From contig CAZUZF010000003.1 of NCBI GenBank assembly GCA_964624955.1, positions 1-36,878 on the forward strand: a stretch of DNA of 36,878 nt, read 5' to 3'. Position numbers and translations under genes: made by a program. Origin of the DNA: an uncultured Gammaproteobacteria bacterium (lineage in GTDB: Bacteria; Patescibacteriota; Microgenomatia; Levybacterales; UBA12049). Under the pieces are notes generated by a model, which worked only from the letters and a program-made list of their open reading frames with translations, did not search any database and was not told the DNA's origin. Of the stretch, positions 17,778 through 26,999 are shown one piece after another (within the stretch, counting starts at the first letter, position 1; every line of letters begins with the position of its first letter).

Positions 17778-18589
17778 TGTTTTTCCTCCCTTTCTTTATC
17801 ATCTTTTTCTTGCTCTTTGTTACTGTGCTGAGGCTTATGGGATTTTTCTTGGGCTTGCTGTGTATCCTCTGTTTTCTCTTGTTTTTCTTCTTCTTGCTTT
17901 TCTTCATGCTTTTTGCCCTCATGGTGGCCTCTTTCTTCTTTAACAATCTTTCCTTTATCCAAATGAACAACTCTTTTATTCATGCTTTTTACAATATCAG
18001 TGTTGTGTGTTGCCATAATAACCGTTGTTCCCACTTTATTTATATCCGATAAAAGCTTTACTATTTCCCATGAGGTCGCAAGGTCCAAATTGCCTGTTGG
18101 CTCATCAGCAAGTAGAATTTCCGGGGAAAGAACAAGAGCTCTTGCAATTGCGGTTCTTTGCAACTCTCCTCCTGAAAGCTGAATGGGAAACTTATCCCGA
18201 TGCTCTAAAAGACCAACTTGTCTAAGAACTTCTTCAACTCTAACTAACGCATTTTTTGCATTTTCTCCGGAAACCTCTAAAGGAAGCACTACATTTTCAA
18301 AAATAGTTCTGTCTGCCAAAAGTTTTAGGTCCTGAAAAACTACCCCTATCTTTTTCCGAAAAGAAGAGAGTTTTCCTTTGGGAAGCTTTGCAACATCGAA
18401 TTCGTTGACAAAGATAGTCCCTTCTGTTGACAAAGTATCTCTTATTAAAAGCCTAAAAAGTGTAGTTTTACCAGATCCTGTTGGACCAACTAAAAAAAGA
18501 AATTCTCCTTTATCAACTAATAGAGAAACATCTGAAAGACCAAGAGTTCCTGTTGCAAATTTTTTGGATACTTTATCTAGTTTTATCAT
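17774..18589 (-). CDS. ftsE: Cell-division ATP-binding protein FtsE with a ~50-aa Lys/Glu-rich C-terminal tail
   Basis: 271 aa with Walker A GPTGSGKTT, signature LSGGELQR and Walker B LLADEPTGNLD. The ABC core ends near aa 217 and is followed by EERGHHEGKKHEEKQEEEKQEK... Confidence 0.88.
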   Translation of the reverse strand: MIKLDKVSKKFATGTLGLSDVSLLVDKGEFLFLVGPTGSGKTTLFRLLIRDTLSTEGTIFVNEFDVAKLPKGKLSSFRKKIGVVFQDLKLLADRTIFENVVLPLEVSGENAKNALVRVEEVLRQVGLLEHRDKFPIQLSGGELQRTAIARALVLSPEILLADEPTGNLDLATSWEIVKLLSDINKVGTTVIMATHNTDIVKSMNKRVVHLDKGKIVKEERGHHEGKKHEEKQEEEKQEKTEDTQQAQEKSHKPQHSNKEQEKDDKEREEKQ

Positions 18590-19062
18590 TACAAAACCTC
18601 AACTCTTCCTACGTCCATAAGCCAGCCAGCGTGTTGAGCTTTTTGCGTTTCTCCCCAGACCTTTATTTTTCTGGCTACAAACTTTGAAAGATCTACGATT
18701 GATGAAGTAAGATAAACGTTTTGGCTCTCTCCGCCCGGTCTTTCAAGATGAAAAGCGCCTTCACCTTCTATTCCGCCTTCTTTTAAAGTTCCCTCGACAA
18801 CATCCTTAAAAGTCTTTGTATCATCAGAGCCAACTACTGTTCCTTTGGGCGCTTCGGATAAATTCAAGATTCCACCAGTTTGCGAAGTTGCATTCTTTCC
18901 GCCTGTTGACGAAAGGAAAAAGCCGGTGAGTATTCCAACAACTACTACCAGGGTTAAAGCAACAATAATTTTAGGAGAATATTTTGATTTGAAACTTTCC
19001 TTATCGAAATTTTTGATTAAAGGCTGCTCTTGCGTTTTTTGATCTAATTGTTCTTTTTCCAT
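18589..19062 (-). CDS. N-terminally anchored extracytoplasmic protein, unknown function
   Basis: 157 aa with a single TM IIVALTLVVVVGILTGFFL followed by a ~100-aa soluble domain. Its stop overlaps the ftsE start by 1 nt. Confidence 0.55.
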   Translation of the reverse strand: MEKEQLDQKTQEQPLIKNFDKESFKSKYSPKIIVALTLVVVVGILTGFFLSSTGGKNATSQTGGILNLSEAPKGTVVGSDDTKTFKDVVEGTLKEGGIEGEGAFHLERPGGESQNVYLTSSIVDLSKFVARKIKVWGETQKAQHAGWLMDVGRVEVL

Positions 19063-19119
19063 TAAAATAAACTTTCACCCCCTCATCTAGTAAACCATAT
19101 TCTACCCATTTTATCAACC

Positions 19120-20124
19120 CTAAAGCTGCCTTAACTCCTCTTCTATAAACTGGTCTATTTCCCCATCCAAAACAGCTTGCGCATTTGACGTTTCAAAACC
19201 TGTTCGCAGGTCTTTTACCATTTTATACGGATGCAAAACGTATGATCTTATCTGATTTCCGAAAGCTGGTGTTTTATACGCTCCCTTAAGACTTTGTTGC
19301 TTCCTTTTCTTCTCCTCCTCTGATAAAAGCCAAAGCTTTGCACGAAGTATTTTTAATGCGTACTCTCTGTTTTTCCCCTGATATCTTTCTCCGGAAGCGG
19401 TAACTGTAATTCCTGTTGGTTTATGTTTTAGCCTTACAGCTGTTGCTACTTTATTGACATTTTGTCCTCCCTTGCCTCCGCTTCTAAAAAAATCCCACTC
19501 TAAATCTTCCTCTTTTAAAAGAGTATCATTTTCTTTGTCAATAATTGGCAAAACCTCAACCAAGGCAAAAGAAGTTTGTCTTAGTTTATCTGCATTAAAA
19601 GGAGATTGCCTAACAAGTCTGTGCACTCCTGCCTCATGCTTTAAATATCCATAGGCAAAATTTGCGTTTATAGAAATTACAACACTTTTTATTCCTGCTT
19701 CTTCTCCTCTCACTTCCTCAACTGTTTCAAAGCTCCATGATTTTTTTTCAAAATACCTTGTATACATTCTGTTAAGCATATTTGCCCAATCCATTGCCTC
19801 AACCCCGCCTTGACCGGAGTGAATAGATAAAATTGCAGGACCCTTATCATATGGATTCGAGAAATACAAAAGATTCTCAAGTCTCTCGACCAGTTCTTTC
19901 ATACTACCCACGTCTTTTGCATTGATTAAGTCTGAAAGTTTTTCATAGTCTGCAATTTCCTCCTGTAAGTTTGCCAATTCCCTCATTTTAGCTGTAGCAA
20001 GTTGCGGGTTTTTCCAAAATGAAGGATCTGTTGACTGCGCCTCTATTGAAGACGCCGAGTATCTTTTTTCATCAATATCTATTTTTTCTAAGATTTTTTT
20101 TGCTTTAACTAAAATGTCATCCAT
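19120..20124 (-). CDS. prfB: Peptide chain release factor 2, encoded without a programmed frameshift
   Basis: 334 aa with the SPF tripeptide (VRQSPFNAD) and the GGQ motif ([12 protein letters not shown]). The ORF is continuous from the ATG, which lies 1 nt after the stop of the upstream gene. Confidence 0.9.
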   Translation of the reverse strand: MDDILVKAKKILEKIDIDEKRYSASSIEAQSTDPSFWKNPQLATAKMRELANLQEEIADYEKLSDLINAKDVGSMKELVERLENLLYFSNPYDKGPAILSIHSGQGGVEAMDWANMLNRMYTRYFEKKSWSFETVEEVRGEEAGIKSVVISINANFAYGYLKHEAGVHRLVRQSPFNADKLRQTSFALVEVLPIIDKENDTLLKEEDLEWDFFRSGGKGGQNVNKVATAVRLKHKPTGITVTASGERYQGKNREYALKILRAKLWLLSEEEKKRKQQSLKGAYKTPAFGNQIRSYVLHPYKMVKDLRTGFETSNAQAVLDGEIDQFIEEELRQL

Positions 20125-20125
20125 A

Positions 20126-21391
20126 TTAAATTAAAAATGAAAATAAAACAAAAATAGCTACAATGGCCATGACTAATGTAATTGCCCAGCCCATTATATT
20201 AGAAACTAACGGATTTGTCCTCCCATTCATAATTTCTTTGTTATTTGAAATCCGCATAATAAGGATAAGTAAAATTGGGGCACAAAGTCCGTTAAGTATT
20301 GCAGCCCAGTAAAGTATTTCAAATGGTTTAAAAGGCAAAAATCCAATTATTAGGCCAAGCAGTGTGGCAAGGGCAATAACAAAATAAAAAGTGGGGGCTT
20401 GCGAAAATCTTTTATTAAGTCCTGTTGTAAAACCAAAGCTTTCAGAAATTGCATAAGAAGCGCTTCCAGCAAGTATTGGAACTGCCAAAAGCCCTGTTCC
20501 AATAATACCCAAGGCAAAAAGTAAAAAAGCAAAATCTCCTGCAATTGGTCTTAGAGCCAAAGCTGCTTGATCTGCAGTTTCAATGGTTCTTATCCCATTA
20601 ACATTAAGCGTTGAGGCAGTGGTTACGATTATAAAAAACATGACCAGATTTGAGAAAAACATGCCTATTGCCGTATCAAGCCTTAAGTGCCTAATATCTT
20701 TGCCTGTTATATGAGGCTTTCCCCTCCCCATGCTTGCAATTTTGTGATGCATGATTTCTTCCTCAACTTCTTCATCAGCCTGCCAGAAAAAAAGGTAGGG
20801 TGAAATGGTAGTTCCTAAAATGGCAACAATATTTAATAGATATTCTTTGGAAAAGTAAATTGTGGGTAAGACAGTTGACTTAAGTATTCTAATCCAATCC
20901 TGCTTGACCACAAAAGCAGCAAAGATATAGGCAAAAAGAGAAAATGTTAAGTATTTAAGAATCTTTGAGTAAGTTTGGTATGATACAAAAATCTCCAAAG
21001 TTACGGTAGTTACTGTTAAAACAAATAACCAAAAGACAAAGGGAAGATTAATAACAAGCTTTGCTGAAGCTGCCATGGCAGATAGATCAGCCGCAATGTT
21101 TATAGTATTTGCAAAAAATAAAACAAAAACCGCAAAGTATAAAATCCACTTTGGATAATATTTTCTGATTATTCCTGAAAGTCCCATTCCAGTTGCAAGA
21201 CCAATTCTTCCGCAGATTTCCTGAACAATTGTCATAAAAGGAAAAGAAAAAAGAGCTGTCCAACTTTGGGAATACCCAAACATTGCTCCGGTTTGGGAAT
21301 AAGCTGCGATACCTGAGGGGTCATCGTCTGCAGCGCCGGTTATAAATCCAGGACCTAAAACTTTTAATATTTTTTTAAGCTTCTCTCTCAT
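20126..21391 (-). CDS. NRAMP/SLC11-family cation transporter with non-canonical binding-site motifs
   Basis: 421 aa with about 11 TMs. The TM1 segment [28 protein letters not shown] carries DPSG where classical MntH has DPGN. The TM6 region [12 protein letters not shown] lacks the Met-Pro-His motif. Confidence 0.75.
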   Translation of the reverse strand: MREKLKKILKVLGPGFITGAADDDPSGIAAYSQTGAMFGYSQSWTALFSFPFMTIVQEICGRIGLATGMGLSGIIRKYYPKWILYFAVFVLFFANTINIAADLSAMAASAKLVINLPFVFWLFVLTVTTVTLEIFVSYQTYSKILKYLTFSLFAYIFAAFVVKQDWIRILKSTVLPTIYFSKEYLLNIVAILGTTISPYLFFWQADEEVEEEIMHHKIASMGRGKPHITGKDIRHLRLDTAIGMFFSNLVMFFIIVTTASTLNVNGIRTIETADQAALALRPIAGDFAFLLFALGIIGTGLLAVPILAGSASYAISESFGFTTGLNKRFSQAPTFYFVIALATLLGLIIGFLPFKPFEILYWAAILNGLCAPILLILIMRISNNKEIMNGRTNPLVSNIMGWAITLVMAIVAIFVLFSFLI

Positions 21392-21398
21392 CTTTCAT

Positions 21399-21779
21399 TT
21401 AAAGCCCGCTGCAAATTCTCTCACAAGTACTTTTAAGTTGGCTTTTGGGTAAATCTTGAAGAGACTTTAAATCGTTAATAATTTTTTGTACCTGCGGGGA
21501 AGAGGTCGCAATCTCAGCAACATCTAGATTTTGAGCTTGAGTTTTTAAATTATTAATATTTGACTGTATTCCCTCCCTTATACTATTCGAAAGCTCTTTA
21601 GTATCAACACCCTTGACCTGCTGGTTAGTTTTTTGAGGAGCTTTTGAATAATTTTGATCCAAAAGATATGATCTAAACTTAAGGCCAACAAAAACAATTA
21701 AAACTACCAAAACAAAAGTTATAAAGATTTTTTTCTTATCCCAAACAATCTCTTCTTCTATTTTTTTTGTTCTTGCCAT
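21399..21779 (-). CDS. N-terminally anchored hypothetical protein
   Basis: I place the start at Met23 of the track ORF (MARTKKIEEE...). It has one TM IFITFVLVVLIVFVGL followed by a polar helical region. No family was recognised. Confidence 0.45.
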   Translation of the reverse strand: MARTKKIEEEIVWDKKKIFITFVLVVLIVFVGLKFRSYLLDQNYSKAPQKTNQQVKGVDTKELSNSIREGIQSNINNLKTQAQNLDVAEIATSSPQVQKIINDLKSLQDLPKSQLKSTCERICSGL

Positions 21780-21853
21780 TTGACTTAATTGTAGGCAATA
21801 AGGTCTTATTTTGCAATCAAAATATTTGTAATTAAAATAAACCAAAATAATAG

Positions 21854-21859
21854 TATAAT
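21854..21859 (+). promoter_or_regulatory. Consensus -10 hexamer TATAAT 7 nt upstream of the uppP ATG, with no Shine-Dalgarno
   Basis: Sequence aatagTATAATtaagtttATGgac in the 87-nt divergent gap that follows once the 21399 gene is started at 21779. Confidence 0.4.
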
Positions 21860-21866
21860 TAAGTTT

Positions 21867-22640
21867 ATGGACTACATTGTGGCCGTTATTCTTTCAATTG
21901 TTGAAGGAATAACCGAATTTTTGCCCATATCCTCAACAGGACATCTTATCCTTACCTCTGAAATTTTAAAAATACAACAAACAGATTTTGTAAAAGACTT
22001 TGAGATAGTAATTCAGCTTGGGGCAATACTTTCAATAGTTGTTTTGTATTTTAAAGTTTTTTTTCAAAGCAGACAAATTTGGAAAAGGATAATAACTTCC
22101 TTTATTCCAACCGCAATTGTTGGATTTATACTTTTTAAGTTTATAAAACAATATTTACTCGGAAATCTTTACATTACTCTTTTTGCTTTACTAATTGGTG
22201 GAATTTTACTTATTATCCTAGAGCTTTTATATAAGGAAAAAGATCACCATGTTGATGCAATCGAGAAAATGCCTCTTAAAAACGCATTTTTAATAGGAGT
22301 CTTTCAGTCAATTGCTGTTATTCCAGGCGTATCAAGGTCTGCGTCAACCATAGTTTCTGCTCTTTTTTTGGGAACTAAAAGAAAAGCAGCCGCAGAGTTT
22401 TCCTTTTTACTTGCAGTTCCGACAATGCTTGCAGCAACTTTTTTTGATATGTTAAAAAGCAATTTTTCATTTAGTTTGAGCCAGTGGTCTATCCTTGCAA
22501 CTGGATTTATTTGTTCATTTATAGTGGCAATTATTGTTGTAAAGCTATTTTTAAGATATTTACAAAACCATAGCTTCATTTCCTTTGGGATTTATAGGAT
22601 TGTTGTAAGCCTCATTTTTTGGTATATTCTTATAAAATGA
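21867..22640 (+). CDS. uppP: Undecaprenyl-diphosphate phosphatase
   Basis: 257 aa with EGITEFLPISSTGHL and PGVSRSAST motifs and 7-8 TMs. Confidence 0.9.
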   Translation: MDYIVAVILSIVEGITEFLPISSTGHLILTSEILKIQQTDFVKDFEIVIQLGAILSIVVLYFKVFFQSRQIWKRIITSFIPTAIVGFILFKFIKQYLLGNLYITLFALLIGGILLIILELLYKEKDHHVDAIEKMPLKNAFLIGVFQSIAVIPGVSRSASTIVSALFLGTKRKAAAEFSFLLAVPTMLAATFFDMLKSNFSFSLSQWSILATGFICSFIVAIIVVKLFLRYLQNHSFISFGIYRIVVSLIFWYILIK

Positions 22641-22939
22641 ATACGTTTGATAAGGTCTACGATCTTGTGGCATCAGTTCCAAAAGGCAAGGTTACAACTT
22701 ACGGGGCAATTGCAAAACTTTTATCCATCGATCCAAGGGTAGTAGGATTTGCTTTGCATGCAAATTCCGACTCGCAAACTATTCCCTGTCATAGAGTTAT
22801 TAACTCAAAGGGAGAAATCTCTAGTGGCTATGCCTTTGGGGGAGCCCATATTCAAAAACAAATGCTTGGAAAAGAAGGAATAAAATTTAATGTAGAAAAC
22901 AAAGTAGACCTTAAAAAATACGGTTATTTATTATCCTGA
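22637..22939 (+). CDS. MGMT-family protein (O6-alkylguanine-DNA alkyltransferase C-terminal DNA-binding domain only, active-site Cys retained)
   Basis: About 100 aa with VPKGKVTTYGAIA and the IPCHRVI (PCHR) active-site motif. I place the start at MNTFDK, which overlaps the uppP stop by 4 nt (ATGA). Confidence 0.75.
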   Translation: MNTFDKVYDLVASVPKGKVTTYGAIAKLLSIDPRVVGFALHANSDSQTIPCHRVINSKGEISSGYAFGGAHIQKQMLGKEGIKFNVENKVDLKKYGYLLS

Positions 22940-23262
22940 CTTTTAGTTTCTTTTATATCTTCCAATAACTCTTTTGCAATTTTATCTATTTCGTTTTTAA
23001 GCTTATTCTCTATATCCCAAACCTTCTCTTTAAGATGAGATAAGGTTTTATCATGGTTTTCCAATGATAAATTTTTTAAAAATATTTTTTTATCTTCAGG
23101 GGTTAACTGATCTAATACCTTGGAAACAACTGCCGTATGTATATTTGCCTCAACCAAGGATAATAAATGAACTCTTTCCTTAGATTTTACATCAAGTTCT
23201 GCTATTTCCAAAGTTATATGCGTGGTCTCAACCAAATGTGAATAAAAATGTTTTTTTGCCAT
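22924..23262 (-). CDS. Hypothetical helical protein
   Basis: 112-aa ORF that is charged and helix-prone, with no recognisable motifs. Its 3' end overlaps the convergent MGMT gene by 16 nt. Confidence 0.45.
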   Translation of the reverse strand: MAKKHFYSHLVETTHITLEIAELDVKSKERVHLLSLVEANIHTAVVSKVLDQLTPEDKKIFLKNLSLENHDKTLSHLKEKVWDIENKLKNEIDKIAKELLEDIKETKSQDNK

Positions 23263-23286
23263 AATTTTATTAATCTTTATTTTATA

Positions 23287-24153
23287 TTATAAACTAACAG
23301 GTCCCAAAGGTATCTTATTTTCCGGATCATCTACAAAAAAATACAGTACAGGTCCTCTTTGTGAGCCGTCTACTCTTTCTAGATATCTCATCACTTCAGG
23401 AGAGCCACCCAATTGCTTACCTGTCCAGGAAGCAGGACCAGAGTCTGCAATTACGGCTACTATTGCTTTTCCATTGTTGGGATTTACCAAAAGCATCTTT
23501 CTGTACTTAAAAAAATCCATAAATTCTTTTACATTTTCATTAAAACCAGGGGATAAAAAGGTTTGAACCGCTATGTAATATTTTTCTCTTAAATTATCCT
23601 CTACTGTCATTTCATTCCTTGAATTGGCAAAGTATCTAAAAGCACCAAGCCCTGGCGCCATTCCATAACTTCCATATTCCATAGCTTCCTGGGGGCTTTC
23701 AAAATGAGCGTACATACTGTCTCCTGGAAATCTTGCTAAATGCTGCTCTTGACCTATAATTCCATATTGGGTGTTAAGCCTTTTGCCTAACAATTCTCCT
23801 TTCACCCCAATGCCAAAAGTCCTGGATAATACTTCTGTTACTTTTACCTCCTCATCCAAAGTTAATGGCCTTACATCAGCAGGCAATACGTTTTTTAAAT
23901 CGTAAATAAGAAAAACTCTTTTATCTACAGGTTCTTGTTGAGAAGCGTTTGCAGAAAATGAAGCAGGAATTTGAGGAATGATTGGGTTAGTAAGAAGATA
24001 TAGGCCTGCTATTGAACCAACCGCCAGCTGCTTTGAATTGTTCTCAAGCCAGTCAAAAGCTTCTTTGTGTTTTTCAAAAATTTCCTTTTGTAAATCCTTA
24101 TGTTTCTGTGTCCACTTTTTTAAAAGCTTTTGATAATGAATACTTTTACTCAT
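23287..24153 (-). CDS. Membrane-anchored extracytoplasmic protein with a C-terminal RlpA/expansin-like (double-psi beta-barrel) signature
   Basis: 288 aa with a TM LAVGSIAGLYLLTNPII. The C-terminal segment KMLLVNPNNGKAIVAVIADSGPASWTGKQLGGSPEVMRYL resembles the V.N..NGksv.V.v.DrGP...iDLS core of DPBB lytic-transglycosylase-like domains. The family assignment is tentative. Confidence 0.5.
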   Translation of the reverse strand: MSKSIHYQKLLKKWTQKHKDLQKEIFEKHKEAFDWLENNSKQLAVGSIAGLYLLTNPIIPQIPASFSANASQQEPVDKRVFLIYDLKNVLPADVRPLTLDEEVKVTEVLSRTFGIGVKGELLGKRLNTQYGIIGQEQHLARFPGDSMYAHFESPQEAMEYGSYGMAPGLGAFRYFANSRNEMTVEDNLREKYYIAVQTFLSPGFNENVKEFMDFFKYRKMLLVNPNNGKAIVAVIADSGPASWTGKQLGGSPEVMRYLERVDGSQRGPVLYFFVDDPENKIPLGPVSL

Positions 24154-24178
24154 GCATATAAATCATAGCAAATTTAAG

Positions 24179-25912
24179 CTAATCAACAAAACCATAAACA
24201 AAAGTATCACCAAATTTCTCTTTTAAAACAAGTCCTTCATTCTTGTTTAAATTTGATAAAACATAATTTCCATCTCCTAAAAGATAATATTTATTCTTAT
24301 AAAGGCTGTCATATTGATCTTTATTAACAACTATAAAATCAACCTCCATTGCCTTAATTTTATTAATAGACTCTGCTCTTGGAAAATTATTAAATAGATA
24401 TAAAACATCCTTTTGCCATTGTTGAGGTGAAAAACCGCTATATCCATTTACAGTTTTTCTAAAGCTTTTTGTGTAAAAATACTCCCTTTCAAGTTCTATA
24501 GCTGAATTTGGGGAATTCCAGTTAAAGATAGGCATAAAAATAAAGACTGAATTTTTTGGTGTAGCATCTATCCACTCATAAACTTTTGGAAACTCACTTA
24601 TGGATAAAACCTTATAAAATTTCATTGGGAAATTATATTCCGCTACAATTCCTAAAATTAAAACTAAATAGATAAGAAAAGCCTTTCTAAAGTTTTTTAA
24701 AATTATGGGTAAAATTAAAGCAATTAAAACAGCAAGGCAAAATATAAAAAGAATTTCCCATCTTGCAGAATTTCTAAAACCGGAAAAGCCAGGGATAATG
24801 TAATAAAAAAGCGCGTAGGGCAAAATAACGGGAAAAGGAGAATGAATAGTTTGTCTTGCAAAATGAAGTGCAGGACCAAAACTTAAGATTAAACCTAAAA
24901 GTCCTGTTGTTAAAAAGCTTTTTTGTAAAATATTGCCTTTCCTAAATCTTTTAATGCAGTAAAAAATTACAAAAAGGGAAAGAACGCTAAACACCAAACC
25001 AATATATCCCGTCTTTATTTCATCTGTCCTTGTATATTTTTGAGTATTGGATATGCTCATAAGCAAAGGTTGAAAGATCGTGTGCTCATTTGGGTAAATT
25101 AAGTCCTCAGGCTGAAGAGCAAAGTGAATTGCATCTCTTATATCCCGTTTTGCGTTATATTCTCTGTTTACATCCAGGTATGGTTTAATTATTGGTATAA
25201 CTAAAAGTATTGAAAATAAAACTATTAATATATTATTTCTTGTAAATATTTTCTTTATTGTCTTTCTATCTCTAAGCCAAAGAAAGAAAAGGTAAATGGA
25301 ATAAAAAAAGATTAAAAAGTAAGCCGGTAAAAAACTATTGTAGATTTGTAAAAGAAAAAAAAGCAAAGACAAGAAAAGATAACGGGATTTAAAGGTTTTT
25401 GTAAAATAAATAAAAAATAAAATAGATATTGGGATCCATTGAATTGAAAGAATTTGAATATGGGTTTTTTTATCCAACAATACAGGTGAGAAAATAAGTA
25501 AAAGTCCTGAGATCAAAGATGCCCAAAAATTTTTGGTTAAGTAAAAAGCAAGAACAAAGGTAAAGAATCCAACCATAAAGATTGAAGAAAGCAGGGTAAA
25601 ATTAACTATTGCAATTGGTTCCTTAAATAAAACCAATGGTATTATTCCCAAAACACTTGAAGTAATAAAAGTTTCCGAATAAGCAATTGGATTTAAGTAA
25701 GGATAATAAATAGAGCCTTCAAAAATACCTAATGGATTTGTAAAAAGTGAGTGAACCACCCAGTTCATTACGTAAGCTTCCAAATATTGGTCACCAAAAC
25801 CTGTTATGAATTTTCCTAAGTTAAAAATAAGAGGATATGTAATATAAACAGCACTTATTAAAAAAATAAGAAAGGCCAAAAAATATTTGATAAATTTATC
25901 TTTAAAAAGCAT
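24179..25912 (-). CDS. Large polytopic membrane protein, GT-C-like putative glycosyltransferase with a C-terminal extracytoplasmic domain
   Basis: 577 aa with about 12-13 TMs. It has an acidic/aromatic first loop (GFGDQYLEAYVMNW) and a soluble C terminus of about 150 aa. The architecture parallels the 744-2333 protein, but the sequence differs. Confidence 0.5.
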   Translation of the reverse strand: MLFKDKFIKYFLAFLIFLISAVYITYPLIFNLGKFITGFGDQYLEAYVMNWVVHSLFTNPLGIFEGSIYYPYLNPIAYSETFITSSVLGIIPLVLFKEPIAIVNFTLLSSIFMVGFFTFVLAFYLTKNFWASLISGLLLIFSPVLLDKKTHIQILSIQWIPISILFFIYFTKTFKSRYLFLSLLFFLLQIYNSFLPAYFLIFFYSIYLFFLWLRDRKTIKKIFTRNNILIVLFSILLVIPIIKPYLDVNREYNAKRDIRDAIHFALQPEDLIYPNEHTIFQPLLMSISNTQKYTRTDEIKTGYIGLVFSVLSLFVIFYCIKRFRKGNILQKSFLTTGLLGLILSFGPALHFARQTIHSPFPVILPYALFYYIIPGFSGFRNSARWEILFIFCLAVLIALILPIILKNFRKAFLIYLVLILGIVAEYNFPMKFYKVLSISEFPKVYEWIDATPKNSVFIFMPIFNWNSPNSAIELEREYFYTKSFRKTVNGYSGFSPQQWQKDVLYLFNNFPRAESINKIKAMEVDFIVVNKDQYDSLYKNKYYLLGDGNYVLSNLNKNEGLVLKEKFGDTFVYGFVD

Positions 25913-25919
25913 TAAGACT

Positions 25920-26999
25920 TTAAATAAATTCTTCTAAAGCTTTAATTAGTCTTTTAACGTCTTCTATTGTATGTGAAGGAAAATTACCAATACGAATATG
26001 TTTATCCTTATTTTCTCCATAGCCTCTACCTACAAATATGCCAATTTTGTTTAAAAAGCTGATTACATCCTTAGATGATCCTTTTGTTTTTGCAACAATT
26101 GTAGTTTGTGAGCGAACATTTGTATCTCCTACAAGTGGTTCAAAATATGAGTTGTTATCTAAAAATTCATAAATAATTTTTGCTTTTCGTACAGTTTCCT
26201 TTCTAATCTTACTAATCCCGTATGAAAGCATATCTTTTAAGACTTTATTTAACAGATAAATTGCCAAAACATTTGGCGTTTCAGGAGTCTCTGCTTTTTT
26301 AGAATAAGATAAAAGGGTTGGAAAATTGTGATACGTACCAATATCTTTTTTAAGTTTTAAAAGTTTTTGGGCTTTCTCTAATGCTTTTGGACTCACAACT
26401 ATTATACCAAGTCCTGAAGGCAGACCAAAGCCTTTTTGAACCGAGAAAAATACCAAATCAAGATATTTGTAATTTAAATTTCCAAAAGGAACTGCGGAAA
26501 CACTATCAACCGCTATAAGCAAATTTTTATTTTTAATCTCATAAACTTTTTCCATTGGAAAGTAAATTCCGCCACTTGTGTCATTTTCTGTAGCACACAA
26601 AAGCTCATAATTGGATAAGTTAAGATTTTTTAATTTATCACTATCTATTCTTTCTCCAAAGTTAGCCTTCAGGCTTTCTGCCTTTTTACCCAGGCCTTTT
26701 GCAATATTAAAAAATTTATCACCAAATGCTCCTGTTATTAAATGAAAACTTTTTTGATCCACACAATTATTTATAGATAATTCCATCCCCTCAGTTCCTG
26801 AGGAAATGAAAAAGACATTGTAGCTTGATGGAATTTTTAGAAGTTTTTTAAGTAATCCTACATTTTCAGAAAACATTTGATGGAATAAATCACCTCTGTG
26901 AGAAATGGATAAAATGTTATTGGTAATTCCATTTTTTAAATGTTTTGCTACCGTAGGATAATTTTGGGAAGGGCCAACTGTAAAAAAGACTTTTTTCAT
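25920..26999 (-). CDS. serC: Phosphoserine aminotransferase
   Basis: 359 aa with FTVGPS, ISHRGDLF, SGTEGME and SVQKGFGLPSGLG (PLP lysine). The ATG directly follows the serB-serA stop. Confidence 0.8.
   Translation of the reverse strand: MKKVFFTVGPSQNYPTVAKHLKNGITNNILSISHRGDLFHQMFSENVGLLKKLLKIPSSYNVFFISSGTEGMELSINNCVDQKSFHLITGAFGDKFFNIAKGLGKKAESLKANFGERIDSDKLKNLNLSNYELLCATENDTSGGIYFPMEKVYEIKNKNLLIAVDSVSAVPFGNLNYKYLDLVFFSVQKGFGLPSGLGIIVVSPKALEKAQKLLKLKKDIGTYHNFPTLLSYSKKAETPETPNVLAIYLLNKVLKDMLSYGISKIRKETVRKAKIIYEFLDNNSYFEPLVGDTNVRSQTTIVAKTKGSSKDVISFLNKIGIFVGRGYGENKDKHIRIGNFPSHTIEDVKRLIKALEEFI

Noticed and set aside
19120-20124. I looked for the programmed +1 frameshift site (CUU UGA C after about 25 codons) found in many bacterial prfB genes.
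   Set aside because: The reading frame is continuous from the ATG at 20124, which lies 1 nt after the stop of the upstream gene. The region homologous to both sides of the E. coli shift site ([23 protein letters not shown]) is in one frame with no in-frame TGA. This is a normal non-frameshifted RF2.
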